A stretch of 64,000 nucleotides of DNA from Bacteroidales bacterium (GTDB lineage Bacteria > Bacteroidota > Bacteroidia > Bacteroidales > GCA-2711565). The position numbers were made by a program, and so were the translations under genes. Within the stretch, counting starts at the first letter, position 1. Every line of letters begins with the position of its first letter. Positions 63,512 through 64,000 of the stretch are shown here, piece after piece. The notes below the pieces were generated by a model, which did no database searches, was not told the origin of the DNA, and worked only from the letters and a program-made list of their open reading frames with translations. The DNA is taken from NCBI GenBank assembly GCA_028280405.1, contig JANQLW010000016.1, forward strand, positions 11,119 through 75,118, given 5' to 3'.

Positions 63512-64000
63512 TTAATACCCGGGGTTTTGGGTAAGGTTCGGGTTTTTATCGATCTCGCTTTGCGGGATAGGCAATAAAACATCGGTCGGATCCCAACCTA
63601 CAGGGTTAAAGGCACTCATAATGTCATTAGCCCTTCCGGTACGTACAATGTCTATCCAGCGATGTCCTTCAAAACAAAGCTCCACAAAACGTTCCTGCTC
63701 AATGGCCAGCAACATGGATGCTTTGTCTCCGGCTGTTGTGGTATTAGGCAGGCCTGCACGATTACGGATGATATTTAAATCTTCAGCAGCTCCCGGAATA
63801 TCTCCCTGCTGTGCCCTGGCCTCAGCCCGGATCAGATACATCTCTGCCAATCGCAGGATCTTTACTTCGTGGTTCGCCCCTGTATTCCGGTACTTTGAAA
63901 CATAAGGTAAGCCTTCGCCATCTACACTGATCGAATAGTCTTTACGTACATCCCCGTGTTCAAACGCATTGGCCATTTTATCGGTATAAACATTCGCATA
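63512..64000 (-). CDS. SusD/RagB-family outer-membrane lipoprotein, C-terminal part (gene runs off the right edge)
   Basis: The frame stays open to position 64000 upstream of the track Met. ...LRLAEMYLIRAEARAQQGD...IRNRAGLP...ERFVELCFEGHRWIDIVR... is the conserved SusD C-terminal region. Confidence 0.85.
   Translation of the reverse strand, partial: YANVYTDKMANAFEHGDVRKDYSISVDGEGLPYVSKYRNTGANHEVKILRLAEMYLIRAEARAQQGDIPGAAEDLNIIRNRAGLPNTTTAGDKASMLLAIEQERFVELCFEGHRWIDIVRTGRANDIMSAFNPVGWDPTDVLLPIPQSEIDKNPNLTQNPGY

Noticed and set aside
1-64000. tRNA, rRNA, tmRNA, transposases, integrases, prophage or toxin-antitoxin modules
   Set aside because: I scanned the intergenic regions by eye. I found no T-arm/anticodon-arm patterns and no ORFs with transposase, integrase or phage signatures. 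Absence is by inspection only and should be confirmed with tRNAscan-SE, Infernal and ISfinder-type searches.

Overview
This is a 64-kb AT-rich chromosomal segment that looks like an anaerobic or facultative Bacteroidota genome. The evidence is TonB-dependent receptors, a SusD fragment, lipoprotein-type signal peptides and TAnnTTTG-type -7 promoter boxes; the taxon is an inference only. I call about 66 protein-coding genes. I saw no rRNA or tRNA, no CRISPR array, and no transposase or integrase. (i) 1.1-6.8 kb holds a tight five-gene operon: KamA-like radical-SAM aminomutase, CoA-transferase A/B, class-III aminotransferase and thiolase. (ii) 7-20 kb is mostly housekeeping: cca-like gene, miaA, ECF sigma/anti-sigma pair, PfkB kinase, macro-domain protein, NfeD, IMPase, mtaB and two transporters. 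(iii) 20-45.4 kb is a complete NAD-linked bidirectional [NiFe]-hydrogenase system. It contains an orphan carbamate kinase, rex-hypB-hypA, hypFCDE, a second rex, hoxFUYH and hoxW. The hyp genes are split by a 10.9-kb unrelated block carrying a phytase/TonB-receptor pair, a histidine kinase with a receiver-less response-regulator remnant, outer-membrane proteins and dgt. Perfect or near-perfect Rex operators (TTGTTAA-N4-TTAACAA) sit just downstream of -7 boxes at hoxF and at the first rex. (iv) 47.9-55.4 kb is a NikR-headed putative nickel-acquisition operon. It encodes a Fec/Niu-type ABC importer, a TsaA-FmdE fusion protein, a His-rich UreH/NiCoT-like permease and a TonB-dependent receptor, and a NikR-type inverted repeat lies at the nikR start. 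I consider this the most novel-looking system in the window. (v) 55.5-61.8 kb carries truA, a split transketolase, DUF456, NUDIX, CobB and PlsC. (vi) From about 61.9 kb the sequence becomes GC-richer and ends in a SusD fragment. Several unusual non-coding structures are also reported. They include a heptamer array and REP-like hairpins inside the hyp operon, and a 38-bp perfect palindrome that supplies identical C-termini and stop codons to two convergent genes.
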